Position numbers and translations under genes: made by a program. The notes under the pieces are model-generated. The model did no database searches, was not told the DNA's origin, and worked only from the letters and a program-made list of their open reading frames with translations. Below are positions 8,731 through 18,253 of a DNA stretch of 64,000 bases, piece by piece. Positions within the stretch are counted from its first letter, which is position 1. The number at the start of each line of letters is the position of its first letter. The DNA comes from a virus. The DNA lies in IMG/VR virus record IMGVR_UViG_3300007735_000802, one strand, 5' to 3'.

Positions 8731-9414
8731 TTATGATCCATACTTGGAGGTATTTGCTTCCATTGCAAACCAATACTTAAGAGACATAGACTTGTTAACA
8801 AATTCGCCAACAATATTTTTGGCAAAATTTATTGTATAGTCACCCGGAAGAATCTTGATATTTTCCATCTTGAAGTTGAAGATGAATTGTGATCCCTCAT
8901 AATTTTCATCAAGATCAATCTTGTATGAGTTTGAAGTTGGATCTGAAAGATCCGAAACCATGGCAAGAATTCCGTTTCCATTACTTGTAAATGAAAGATC
9001 AGGAAGTTGCATTACAGATGCTGCCTTCTGAAGTTCTCCAAAATTCTTTTCAGTTAGAGTTACACTCACATTTACCTCTGGCATGATAACATCTTTGGTT
9101 GGCACAGAGAGTAACCTTGGTTCTGAGTAATAATAGTTTACAACAGAATTGCTACCATTCTTGATCTTTACACTTTTTTCTCCGAATGTAAAGTTAGGTG
9201 TGTTAAACAGACTTACAACACCAAGAAATTTGTTTAAGTCCCAAATTCCAAATTCCACATCAAAAGTCTCTTCTACGGTGGCAATTGCCATTCCATTCTT
9301 GGAAGGTGTAATTGTTTTAATTACATTTCCAGGCTTTACCAGAAGATTTGAATTTAGAGTAGAAAAATTCTTAAGAATTGTAAGAGTATTTTTTGATAAA
9401 GTCACTTGGTTCAT
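8731..9414 (-). CDS. gp45: Sliding clamp
   Basis: LSKNTLTILKNFSTLNSNL, FGIWDLNKFL, FKMENIKILPGDY, YWFAME. Confidence 0.95.
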   Translation of the reverse strand: MNQVTLSKNTLTILKNFSTLNSNLLVKPGNVIKTITPSKNGMAIATVEETFDVEFGIWDLNKFLGVVSLFNTPNFTFGEKSVKIKNGSNSVVNYYYSEPRLLSVPTKDVIMPEVNVSVTLTEKNFGELQKAASVMQLPDLSFTSNGNGILAMVSDLSDPTSNSYKIDLDENYEGSQFIFNFKMENIKILPGDYTINFAKNIVGEFVNKSMSLKYWFAMEANTSKYGS

Positions 9415-9429
9415 AATATTACCTTTTTG

Positions 9430-9597
9430 TTATCTCATATAGTTGTCTTCAAAGTCATCATCCTCAAAACCACTTTCCCAATAATTTTTAAGTTGTTGCT
9501 TTGATCGGTTCTTTTCAGAACCTTTTTCTTTTTTAGAAACAGACTTTAATTGTTTTGGTGGTTTTGGTTGATCCCGCTTAAAATCATCTTTTTTCAT
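9430..9597 (-). CDS. Small hypothetical protein, basic N-half and acidic C-tail (55 aa, not in ORF track)
   Basis: MKKDDFKRDQPKPPKQ...YWESGFEDDDFEDNYMR; GAGGA SD; fills the gap before gp45. Confidence 0.7.
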   Translation of the reverse strand: MKKDDFKRDQPKPPKQLKSVSKKEKGSEKNRSKQQLKNYWESGFEDDDFEDNYMR

Positions 9598-9607
9598 ATC
9601 TTCCTCT

Positions 9608-9635
9608 ATTATACCATGTTTAAATTACAATTCAA
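9608..9635 (-). promoter_or_regulatory. Sigma70-like promoter for the gp45-44-62 block
   Basis: TTGAAT-16 nt-TATAAT with extended TG. Confidence 0.6.
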
Positions 9636-9942
9636 CCCAAAATCTATTACTATTTTCTCTAATGTAAGTATATAAAATACCAGTGGACGGAACATACCAT
9701 CTGTCTCCAACCTTTGCGTTTGCTGGAGGAGTTTCTGATATATAGAATCCTTCTTCTCCACCAATGGATGCCCAGTATGCTGATCCTTCAATTGTTCCAG
9801 GAACTTTATTAACATGAGCCTTTAATGTAACATATAGTTTTCCATCATAATCTACAGAGTCGCCAATTTTATAAACATACGAATTTCCATCAGGATCGTA
9901 TTGTTTATACTTGCCTCTAAAATTTAGATTATCTGTCTTCAT
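9625..9942 (-). CDS. Hypothetical protein with CBM5/12-like carbohydrate-binding motif
   Basis: YKIGDSVDYDGKLYV...PG...W pattern; C-terminal PPANAKVGDRWY segment of the kind seen in fibre proteins; late promoter 5 nt upstream. Confidence 0.55.
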   Translation of the reverse strand: MKTDNLNFRGKYKQYDPDGNSYVYKIGDSVDYDGKLYVTLKAHVNKVPGTIEGSAYWASIGGEEGFYISETPPANAKVGDRWYVPSTGILYTYIRENSNRFWVEL

Positions 9943-11673
9943 TTAAGTATTTATGAGTTTACTAAAATTATTTTTCTTTTCAAATATAACCAGTGAACCG
10001 AACTTATCGACCAACTGATCTGCCTTGTGACTGATAACATAAACATTTGCCTTATCGCTTATGACTCGTAAAAGTTTCATAAGTTCATCCATTCCTACGC
10101 CATCCAAAGAAGAGTCAAATACTTCATCAAGAATAAGAAGATTGCAGTTTATGCTGTTTTTCAGTCTTGCAATCTCTCTCCATGCCAAAAGTAGGGCAAG
10201 ATCAATTCGCATTTTCTCTCCTTCGCTAAAATTCATATAACTGAATTCATCTCGGTGTCTGGACTTAATCTGTTCGTTAAACTCCTCATCCAAATTGAAC
10301 TGTACGAAAAAATCCATCGCTGATAAAAACTTGTTGATATATTTGTTCATATATGGTAGGTAATACTTTATTATCTTAGTTTTAACCCCACCATCCTTTA
10401 GCAAGTCACTTGCAAGTTCATGATACATCAAGTCTTCTGAATTCGTAGATCTTTCTTCCTCTAGTATTTTTAGTCCACCTTCAAGTTGACTTAATTTTGT
10501 CTTTTCAATCTCCAGATCATCTACAATTACAGACTTATTCAAAGTAGATTTTATCTTTTCGATTTCCTTTTTATAAGTTTCAATTTCGCGAACAATTGCT
10601 CTACATTCAGATTGCTTTATTCGAGTTTGTTCGAGAGAAATCTCAAGAGTGTTTATTTCTTCTTCAATCTGATCGCGAAATTCTATACCCTGCTCTAATG
10701 AGTCATCTGTATTTGAAATTTCCAAATTACACTGAAGAATTTTATTTCTCTTCACAGATTCATTTATATCTTGAGAGCATGTTGGACATGTACAGTTTTC
10801 TTTAAAGAGATTTATTTTCTTTTCAGTTTCTTTTCTGATTGTTTTTAATTCTGAAATGTTAGATTCTATCTTTTTTATTCTTTCTTTCTTTGCCTTCAAA
10901 GAATCAAGTATAAATTGAATATCCTTTTCCTCCCACCCACCATTCATTCCCTTTGATGCCATATCCATCTCTATATCAAAAACCTTTGATTCCAACTCTT
11001 TTATTTTTGCTAATTTAACATCATTATCTTCTGTGTTTTTCTTTTCCAAAGTTACAATATAACTATTTTGAACACTTATTTTATTTTTCTCAATTTCTAG
11101 TCGAGTATTAATGTCTTTGATTGTTTCTTTAATTGAAAGAATCTTTCCTTTCAATACAACATTCATTGTACTGAAGATATTGATATCAAGAATATTTTCA
11201 ATTACATTTCTTCGATCTGCTGCTGATAATTGCATAAATGGAACAAAAGAAGAACTACCCAAGATCACCACCTGAGTAAATGTCTTATAGTTCATCTTTA
11301 GAATTTGCTGCTCTAGAAGTTCTTGATAATCCACAGACTTTGCATCTTGATCTATAAGAGTACCGTTTTTGTGAATTTCAAATATTCTAGGATTGATTCC
11401 TCTTCTTACCATGAACTTATCAGATCCCTTTGTAAACTCAATTTCAACCAAACATCCTTTTTCGTTAATCGAATTTACAAGTTGAGGAATATTAATCTTT
11501 CTGAATGGTTTTCCAAAAAGAGCAAAAGTAATAGAATCCAAAAAAGCAAATGACTTACCACTCCCATTGTTTCCACATATGAGAGTTGTATTGTTTTTAT
11601 TCAATGCAATTTCGGTTACTGTATTACCAAAAGATCCAAAGTTTTTGAATCTTACTTTTTCAAAAATTATCAT
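9943..11673 (-). CDS. gp46: Recombination endonuclease ATPase subunit (Rad50/SbcC-like)
   Basis: GNNGSGKS, CPTC zinc hook, FSEGEKMRIDL, LILDEVFDSSLD. Confidence 0.97.
   Translation of the reverse strand: MIIFEKVRFKNFGSFGNTVTEIALNKNNTTLICGNNGSGKSFAFLDSITFALFGKPFRKINIPQLVNSINEKGCLVEIEFTKGSDKFMVRRGINPRIFEIHKNGTLIDQDAKSVDYQELLEQQILKMNYKTFTQVVILGSSSFVPFMQLSAADRRNVIENILDINIFSTMNVVLKGKILSIKETIKDINTRLEIEKNKISVQNSYIVTLEKKNTEDNDVKLAKIKELESKVFDIEMDMASKGMNGGWEEKDIQFILDSLKAKKERIKKIESNISELKTIRKETEKKINLFKENCTCPTCSQDINESVKRNKILQCNLEISNTDDSLEQGIEFRDQIEEEINTLEISLEQTRIKQSECRAIVREIETYKKEIEKIKSTLNKSVIVDDLEIEKTKLSQLEGGLKILEEERSTNSEDLMYHELASDLLKDGGVKTKIIKYYLPYMNKYINKFLSAMDFFVQFNLDEEFNEQIKSRHRDEFSYMNFSEGEKMRIDLALLLAWREIARLKNSINCNLLILDEVFDSSLDGVGMDELMKLLRVISDKANVYVISHKADQLVDKFGSLVIFEKKNNFSKLINT
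9948..9955 (-). promoter_or_regulatory. Late promoter variant CATAAATA
   Basis: 7/8 match to TATAAATA, 5 nt before ATG 9942. Confidence 0.55.
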
Positions 11674-12728
11674 ATTTTAAGACTTTCCATGTAAACATCA
11701 CGAACAAGAGTTTTGAGTCTTACCTTATCAAAATCTCTTTGGATTGCATCAATTTCTCTTCCAATGATACTAATCGTATCTTCGCTTTCATCAAATTCAA
11801 CCGAAGTGGTTTTATCTGATATGTCTTCTATGATTGAAAGATCCTGTATACTCTTTTCCCAAAGAGCATCTATGAATTTATCAAATATGTTTTGTTTTGT
11901 TTTGGTTCTTACAGTTACACGAATATAACCATTTTTAAGATTTGTATCGCTCAAAAACTTTGCAATTTTCTTGACTTCTTCTGGACTAGAATCATCATAG
12001 TTAAATATATGAAATATGTTATTTTTATTTTCTATAAACTCAAAAGTGTCTGATACCGTGTCGTAGACATGAAATCCTTTTCTTGAATATGCATCAGAAA
12101 AGTTCATTTGATATTGAGTACCAAGATAATGAATATTTCCTTCAGATTGTTTGATATGAAAGTGTCCAGATAACACTTTATCAAATCTATTAAACATGGA
12201 TACATTGAATCCATTCTGATGCTTTACACCAGGAATGACCTGAAATCCTACAATTTCAAAGTGCCCACCAATAATTCTAGATTTGCATTTCTGTAGAAAA
12301 TTTACAATCTCTGCCTCATTCTCTTTTGTTACCCATGGGATGATTCCAAAATTAAAATCATCAAACATAATTTCTGTTGGATTTTCATATATTTTAATAT
12401 TTGAATATCGTTCAGTAAGTAACTCTTTCAATGAGTTTAGATTATTAGTATTTCTGTAATAGGTATCATGGTTACCTATAGTAATATGTAATTTTACATT
12501 TTCTGTTTCAAATGCATTTATAAATCTTTGTCTTACCAAAGACAGCGTATTGAAATTTACATATTTTCTACGATCAAAGAAGTCACCCAAGTGTACAACT
12601 TGATCTACTTTGTTTTCTTTTAAATACGGAAAGAATTGATTTTCAAAAAATTGTAAAGAATTTTCCAAAAAGATAGGTGAATCATTTCTACAACCAAAAT
12701 GAGTATCACTTATAAATGCAATTTTCAC
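11670..12728 (-). CDS. gp47: Recombination endonuclease subunit (Mre11/SbcD-like)
   Basis: SDTHFG, HLGDFFDRRK, GNHD and SGHFH phosphoesterase motifs. Confidence 0.96.
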   Translation of the reverse strand: MKIAFISDTHFGCRNDSPIFLENSLQFFENQFFPYLKENKVDQVVHLGDFFDRRKYVNFNTLSLVRQRFINAFETENVKLHITIGNHDTYYRNTNNLNSLKELLTERYSNIKIYENPTEIMFDDFNFGIIPWVTKENEAEIVNFLQKCKSRIIGGHFEIVGFQVIPGVKHQNGFNVSMFNRFDKVLSGHFHIKQSEGNIHYLGTQYQMNFSDAYSRKGFHVYDTVSDTFEFIENKNNIFHIFNYDDSSPEEVKKIAKFLSDTNLKNGYIRVTVRTKTKQNIFDKFIDALWEKSIQDLSIIEDISDKTTSVEFDESEDTISIIGREIDAIQRDFDKVRLKTLVRDVYMESLKI

Positions 12729-13306
12729 TTTTTCTTTCTTCTCTTTCTTTTGCTCTTTGCCTTTGGTTCCATTTTTTCTATATCTGTTTCTGACAAAGAA
12801 AAATGTTTTTGTAAAAAATCACTATAAGAAGGACTTTCAGATTCCCTTCTCATCCACTCCGTAAGTTTACCATCTATATCTTTCATCTGCAAGCACTTGT
12901 ATTTGATATATGCTTGTTTCTTTTCCTTTTCGATTCTTCTTAAAAATGCATAATATATTATTTGAGTAAAATATGAAAATGGGTTTGTAGACTTTTGTGG
13001 ATCAAAGTTATGAGCATATAAAATACAATTTTCCACACCATCACATATCATGTCTTCACGAAAAGGATAATTTATAAAGTTTGGACGATGGGATAAATGT
13101 TCTGCTATTTTTAGAAAACAAGTTCCAATATAATCTGTAATTGGTGGTCTTTTTTCACCACATTCCTCTGCATCTCTCACTATTTTTTTCCACTCTGTCA
13201 TAGCAGAGCAGAACTTTATATTATCGATATAATGTTTTAGAGATTTAACTTCGTCTTCTACTTCTTTTGTAATCTCTTCTTCATTATTTTTATTTTGTTT
13301 TTTCAT
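12725..13306 (-). CDS. gp55: Late transcription sigma factor
   Basis: HYIDN, CFLKIAEHLSHRPNFINY, NFDPQKSTNPFSYFTQIIYYAFLRRIEKEKKQ. Confidence 0.96.
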   Translation of the reverse strand: MKKQNKNNEEEITKEVEDEVKSLKHYIDNIKFCSAMTEWKKIVRDAEECGEKRPPITDYIGTCFLKIAEHLSHRPNFINYPFREDMICDGVENCILYAHNFDPQKSTNPFSYFTQIIYYAFLRRIEKEKKQAYIKYKCLQMKDIDGKLTEWMRRESESPSYSDFLQKHFSLSETDIEKMEPKAKSKRKRRKKK

Positions 13307-13327
13307 AATCATCCTTGGATGATGCCA

Positions 13328-13355
13328 AGTATAACATGGAAAATGAAGTTTTCAA
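13328..13355 (-). promoter_or_regulatory. Sigma70-like promoter for gp55-47-46
   Basis: TTGAAA-16 nt-TATACT with extended TG. Confidence 0.6.
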
Positions 13356-13394
13356 GCAATTTATGAAATCTTCCACAACAAACTTATAAAAGGC

Positions 13395-13424
13395 TTGACA
13401 GATTCTGGTAAGCATGTGTATAAT
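13395..13424 (+). promoter_or_regulatory. Consensus sigma70 promoter, antisense to the surrounding genes
   Basis: TTGACA-18 nt-TATAAT with TGTG before the -10 box; no plus-strand gene follows. Confidence 0.6.
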
Positions 13425-13467
13425 TTTTGTGTGGGAATGAAGAAGGAAACCTATCTATCGATAACTA

Positions 13468-14175
13468 TTAATTATAGTCTTTAGAGTTAGGATCTGGATT
13501 CCAATCACTGAACCTATTACCAAAGTTCTTATTATCCTTCTCATCACCAGTAAAGCGATTACGCTTCTTAACTTCATCTACCATATTCAATAAAATCTTT
13601 GGATCTAATATACCAGAGCTAACTAAATTCATAATGGATTCCGCAGGAATGTATAACTGCATCATTATCATATGACGATCCAGTTCTCTTTCATCTGTCA
13701 TGTCCGGTGGAAGATAGTCTGATTTTTTACTTTTTCTTTTCTTCTTGTTCTTTGGTGCTGAATAATTATTTTCAGGCATAGCGTTTTTGAAGAGTTCTTC
13801 CGTTGAAGTTAAAAAATCTTCTAACATTGAACTAAAAGAATTCATATCAATTTTTTCATCTTTTGATTCTTCAATAGTATCTAAAGTTTTTGAATTAAAT
13901 TCTCTATCACTTTCCATTTCATATAATTTTATAGTATCTGCATTTGGTTCAATTCTAAATGCTATATGATTTAAAGGTAATTCTATATCCTTTGAATCTG
14001 TGTTCATCAACCAATCATGAAGTGATGTTATGTCTATAATTCTTCCCAATTCATCTTGAGAAACCATAGTTTTAAAAACCATTGGTTTATGTATCTTAAT
14101 AAAGTTATCATTTTCTTCAAGAACCTGACATGCTATTTCTTCACCACTTCTGAGTTTAAGAACTTTTAAATTCAT
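13468..14175 (-). CDS. Conserved hypothetical protein downstream of uvsW (Sm-like N-terminal domain)
   Basis: KVLKLRSGEEIAC...IHKP N-terminus typical of the T4-like gene between uvsW and gp55. Confidence 0.6.
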   Translation of the reverse strand: MNLKVLKLRSGEEIACQVLEENDNFIKIHKPMVFKTMVSQDELGRIIDITSLHDWLMNTDSKDIELPLNHIAFRIEPNADTIKLYEMESDREFNSKTLDTIEESKDEKIDMNSFSSMLEDFLTSTEELFKNAMPENNYSAPKNKKKRKSKKSDYLPPDMTDERELDRHMIMMQLYIPAESIMNLVSSGILDPKILLNMVDEVKKRNRFTGDEKDNKNFGNRFSDWNPDPNSKDYN

Positions 14176-14176
14176 T

Positions 14177-15628
14177 CTATTCTCCTAACTTTATTTTGGT
14201 CTTCTTGAATGTGAACTGCTCATTAGTATATATGGTAGTTCGCTCATCTAGATGTCGAAGGGCGTGATTGCGATACTTTCCATACGAAAGATCGTCTCCC
14301 AAGTCATACACTGTGACTTTATCTTTTGTTTCTGACTTTCGAAGACCTCTTCCAATCGACTGCAACACTCGTATTACTGACTTAGAAGGAGAAGCAAATA
14401 TAATAGCATGTATATTTTTAATATTGATTCCTGTAGAACATGTTCCATACGATGCTACTAAAATACTATTATCGTTACTGTCTACTATTTTTCTGATTTC
14501 TTCTCGTTCTTCGATTTCCGTTTTGCCGCAGATAAGATAAGTTTTCTTTCTATTTTGTCCCTTAAATTTATCAAAGAGCGGTATTCCATGCTTTCCAACA
14601 AAATTGAAAAGAACAAGCACATTACCACGAATACTGTTAGCAAGATTGCATATGAAATCATTTCTTTTATTATTTAGCACAATCCATTCGATTTCGTCTG
14701 CATATTTTGCTCTCTTGATCTGCTGCACATCAGATTCGCCATATTTTAAAAGCAAACATTCTATATTTAATTGTGCTAGAACTTCTTTGTCTATGAGTTC
14801 TTTGGTTGATGTCACTTGGTGGACTGTACCAAATAATCCTTCCAACACTAATTTGTGAACCTGAGTTCCGTCGAGTGTTCCTGTAGTTCCAATACGATAT
14901 TCACATTTTTTGAGTTTAGTCATTATTTTAACTAAGGATTTTGCCTTAAATAAATGTGATTCATCTCCAATAATCGCATCAAACTGCTCAAAAAATGCTT
15001 CGTTTTGTGTATACAAACTTTGCCATGTCGAAATTACAACTTTGGCATTTGTTTGCTTTTCCTGACCACCGTAAATTAAATGTATGTGTTTTGATATTTG
15101 CTTTGAATTTGAGTAATCCTGAAAATCAGAATTTAATTGAGTAACCAATCCTGTTGTTGGTACAACAATTAAAATTTTCTTGTTTATTCTTTTCAAAAGT
15201 TCCAACACGATAAAATATATGATCAAACTCTTACCACTTCCTGTTGGAGATATCAGAAGTGTTCTACGATTTTGTATGGCGTGTTTCACTGCATCTATCT
15301 GGTAGTCGTGTGGTTCGATTCTCTTGCCTCCTGAGTAAACTGTAGGCAATTCTAGTGACTCTATGTCACTCTTCAATGTCTCTTCATATTCTAACTTATA
15401 TCCTCTATCTCTTGCAAAAGAGAGAACATATGGAAGAAGACCAGCATACAGTTTATTTGTTAGAATATTAAAAAGACGAATCTTTCCATCCCATTTTCTT
15501 TTACGAAATGCTGGATTATATTCAGAGTTTGGAACTCTAAATGTAAAAAAGGAAGACAACTCTTTCGCAATGCTTTTTTCGCATTCGATTTCAATATACA
15601 CTGAATCTACTTTTTTAATTTTGATCAT
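14177..15628 (-). CDS. uvsW: UvsW SF2 helicase
   Basis: SPTGSGKS, GDESH, GTTGT, LQSIGRGLR; ATGA overlap with the uvsY stop. Confidence 0.96.
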   Translation of the reverse strand: MIKIKKVDSVYIEIECEKSIAKELSSFFTFRVPNSEYNPAFRKRKWDGKIRLFNILTNKLYAGLLPYVLSFARDRGYKLEYEETLKSDIESLELPTVYSGGKRIEPHDYQIDAVKHAIQNRRTLLISPTGSGKSLIIYFIVLELLKRINKKILIVVPTTGLVTQLNSDFQDYSNSKQISKHIHLIYGGQEKQTNAKVVISTWQSLYTQNEAFFEQFDAIIGDESHLFKAKSLVKIMTKLKKCEYRIGTTGTLDGTQVHKLVLEGLFGTVHQVTSTKELIDKEVLAQLNIECLLLKYGESDVQQIKRAKYADEIEWIVLNNKRNDFICNLANSIRGNVLVLFNFVGKHGIPLFDKFKGQNRKKTYLICGKTEIEEREEIRKIVDSNDNSILVASYGTCSTGINIKNIHAIIFASPSKSVIRVLQSIGRGLRKSETKDKVTVYDLGDDLSYGKYRNHALRHLDERTTIYTNEQFTFKKTKIKLGE

Positions 15629-16059
15629 AGTCCTTGTGTGAACTTGATCCACTCAATCGATGAGCGAATATTCCAAATTTTATTTGAAATAATTTTCACT
15701 ACACTTTCAATATAATTCACTTTTTCTTTTTGTAAAAATAACTTGTTACCGAGAGTGATTACATCCATATCACTATCGATGAATCTATCCAAATCATTTT
15801 TTAGAATGTTTAGATCAAAAGGTTTCCATCCCTTTTGTTTTAATTCTTCTTCAGATAACTTTCCTGAATAATATAACCATTTGTCTCGTTTTAAGACTTT
15901 GAGTTTTGATTCTAAAGATTCTAGAATTAACTTTTCATCCATCAATATACACAAATATTTGTTATGTAATTGTGGTATTTTTGATGCTTCATCATCTAAA
16001 TGTGATGTATCGATTGCAGTATCTAGTTCTGCTTGTGCTTTTATTTGTTCAATGTTCAT
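15625..16059 (-). CDS. uvsY: Recombination mediator UvsY
   Basis: KIPQLHNKY, KWLYYSGK, WNIRSSIEWIKF; adjacent to uvsW. Confidence 0.92.
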   Translation of the reverse strand: MNIEQIKAQAELDTAIDTSHLDDEASKIPQLHNKYLCILMDEKLILESLESKLKVLKRDKWLYYSGKLSEEELKQKGWKPFDLNILKNDLDRFIDSDMDVITLGNKLFLQKEKVNYIESVVKIISNKIWNIRSSIEWIKFTQGL

Positions 16060-16079
16060 AATATAGATCTCAATAGTAT

Positions 16080-16664
16080 TTATGGTGAAGTTGTATACGA
16101 TTCTATCTCATAGTGAGTATACGAAAATGTTGCAGTTGCTATTATAGGATCTGTATCTGGTAATGAAGAATCAAAATCTATTGAACTTAAAAAAGTTGGA
16201 TATACATTCTTAAACTTAACTGAAAGTAAAGGTTCATATGAACTGTTCATTACGGTTATGTACGCGCTTGATATTTTTTGTTGTTCCTTCAATATTTCAG
16301 ACACACCTCTGTATGAATATCCAATGTCTGTAATCCAGTTATAGATTTCTAACCAGTTTTTCATATTTTCATCAACCGAGAATCCTATTGTTAAATCTTC
16401 ATATACAAATGAAGTTCCTGGTCTACGAATGCTGACACCTGTTGGATTTGATTGTGTTGATGTTCCAAATGAATATGATGGAATGTTCGCTCTCTGACAA
16501 AAATAAGTCATGGTTGGACATCTATTCAAAAAGAAACGAAACTTATTGTTTGTTAATTGATTGTGGGTAGATGGTTGAAAATTATTTTGTACGATGAAAT
16601 CACCAGATATATCTGAAAATCCGGTGACTCCTTTGTACATTATTTGACTATTATTGTTAGGCAT
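16080..16664 (-). CDS. gp3: Tail completion/tube terminator protein
   Basis: YFCQRANIP, YEDLTIGFSVDENMKNWLEIYNW, ATATFSY; synteny between gp23 and uvsY. Confidence 0.88.
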   Translation of the reverse strand: MPNNNSQIMYKGVTGFSDISGDFIVQNNFQPSTHNQLTNNKFRFFLNRCPTMTYFCQRANIPSYSFGTSTQSNPTGVSIRRPGTSFVYEDLTIGFSVDENMKNWLEIYNWITDIGYSYRGVSEILKEQQKISSAYITVMNSSYEPLLSVKFKNVYPTFLSSIDFDSSLPDTDPIIATATFSYTHYEIESYTTSP

Positions 16665-16669
16665 AAAAA

Positions 16670-16677
16670 TATTTATA
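16670..16677 (-). promoter_or_regulatory. Late promoter TATAAATA for gp3
   Basis: Exact consensus 5 nt before ATG 16664. Confidence 0.75.
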
Positions 16678-16712
16678 AAAGAAAAACCGGGAGTTTTCAC
16701 CCCCGGTCTTTC
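16677..16712 (-). terminator. Rho-independent terminator after gp23
   Basis: GACCGGGGGT-GAAA-ACTCCCGGTT hairpin followed by a T-rich tract. Confidence 0.85.
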
Positions 16713-16732
16713 GTTGATTTTATCTCAATCTA

Positions 16733-18211
16733 TCAGGCTGTGTTGCCGTGTAGATTCTTGACAGCAAAGAGACGGTAGTATGCATTTGTGCTTGCTTCTA
16801 GACCATCATCAGTGGATGCTGAGAATGTTGAATCTCTACCACCAGCGAATGGATTGGCGACTAGACCATAACGAGTCTTGAAACCAATCTTTGGCTGGAA
16901 GGTATCTTGTCCAACTGCTCTGACCATTTGTAGTGGAACATATGGGCAGTAGAAGAATCCTGCATCATATGGTGAGGTTCCCTTATAACCAACAGTGACG
17001 AAGTTGACATTGTTGGCAACGAATGGATCGATGTAAACCTTGAACTTATTGTTAAGGACACCAGCAAAGACATTACCAGTATCATCTACTTGCATGTCAA
17101 CATTGAGTGCTGGTGAGAGGTTAAGGAATCCACCCATTGCGAGAGCAGAAGCGACATCTGCGCTGCATACGATGAAGTTACCCTTTCCTCTACGAGTTTC
17201 CTTAGCGATTACATTGGCTTCGCGTTCAATTTGGAACATAAGTCCACGGAAGCGTTCTGCTGACCAACGACCGTCTGAATCTGCGATTAGATCGTATACA
17301 CCACCCTGTGAGGTATCTGTACCATAACCTGTAAGATCATTTTGACGGCAACCTGTCTTAGCAACATAATACATTGCGCGAAGAATTTCGCGATTGATTT
17401 CGTTCATGATTTCAACAGAAAGAATATTTGCCAATTCTGCTTCTGCATCTAGACCGTGAACTGCACGAAGATCTTGTGCCAATTCTGTTGTATATTCTGC
17501 CTTGAGAGCGCGTGATCTTGCTTGTACGGCAACTCTTTCGATGCTGAATGCCATTTCACGGAAATCTGGTCCATTTGTTGTACCAAGTTTTTCAGCAGTA
17601 TTTGTTAACATTCCGCGGAATGATGTAAATGGATCGACGCGAGTTATAAATGTTGCACCAGCACTAGCAAGAACACCACTCAATGATCCTAATGTTGATC
17701 CAGAAAGCAAGTTTGCATATGATAATGTACCACCAGCACCACCAAGAGCAAATGCACCCGATGCACCTGAGAACTTAGCCCATGGTTCATCAAAGAGTGC
17801 TTCTGTTCCTTGAGTATATCCAGTATCTGAAGCGTAGCGTGCTTTCATTGCAAAGATAAGACCTGTTGGTGCAGTCATTGGTTGAACGCCAGCGATATCA
17901 TAGGCGACAACATTAGGCATTGCACGACGAACGAGCGAGATAAGAACTGGATCATAACCAGCAAAGTTTCCTGCTGATCCAACTTGACCAGTGGTAAAAT
18001 TACCAGCCATTCCAAATGTACCAACAGTTGATTCAAAGAGGTTTCCTGCTCTTTCTTCTTGCATTGCCTTTACTTGGTTTTCAAGAAGAACTGCGGTGAC
18101 TCTTGCCTTGTGAGTATCACCAATTGATGGTAAATCTTGGTGATTTAATACGGGCGACCACTTTTCTACTAGATGGTCATATGGTGTTGTGTTTCCGAAA
18201 TCTAATGACAT
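16733..18211 (-). CDS. gp23: Major capsid protein
   Basis: KWSPVL, YDPVLISLVRRAMP, GVQPMTAPTGLIFAM, SRALKAEYTTELAQDL, FQPKIGFKTRYG. Confidence 0.99.
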   Translation of the reverse strand: MSLDFGNTTPYDHLVEKWSPVLNHQDLPSIGDTHKARVTAVLLENQVKAMQEERAGNLFESTVGTFGMAGNFTTGQVGSAGNFAGYDPVLISLVRRAMPNVVAYDIAGVQPMTAPTGLIFAMKARYASDTGYTQGTEALFDEPWAKFSGASGAFALGGAGGTLSYANLLSGSTLGSLSGVLASAGATFITRVDPFTSFRGMLTNTAEKLGTTNGPDFREMAFSIERVAVQARSRALKAEYTTELAQDLRAVHGLDAEAELANILSVEIMNEINREILRAMYYVAKTGCRQNDLTGYGTDTSQGGVYDLIADSDGRWSAERFRGLMFQIEREANVIAKETRRGKGNFIVCSADVASALAMGGFLNLSPALNVDMQVDDTGNVFAGVLNNKFKVYIDPFVANNVNFVTVGYKGTSPYDAGFFYCPYVPLQMVRAVGQDTFQPKIGFKTRYGLVANPFAGGRDSTFSASTDDGLEASTNAYYRLFAVKNLHGNTA

Positions 18212-18233
18212 TTTTCTCTCCTATGTTCTTTTA

Positions 18234-18241
18234 TATTTATT
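18234..18241 (-). promoter_or_regulatory. Late promoter variant AATAAATA for gp23
   Basis: 7/8 match upstream of the AGGAG SD. Confidence 0.55.
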
Positions 18242-18253
18242 AATTTTATTAAT

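Noticed and set aside
7785-8825. Extended N-terminus for gp44 in the ORF track (similar extensions for gp3, gp4, uvsW and 3221..4165)
   Set aside because: The extensions overlap neighbouring genes or terminators, and downstream ATGs match homologue starts.
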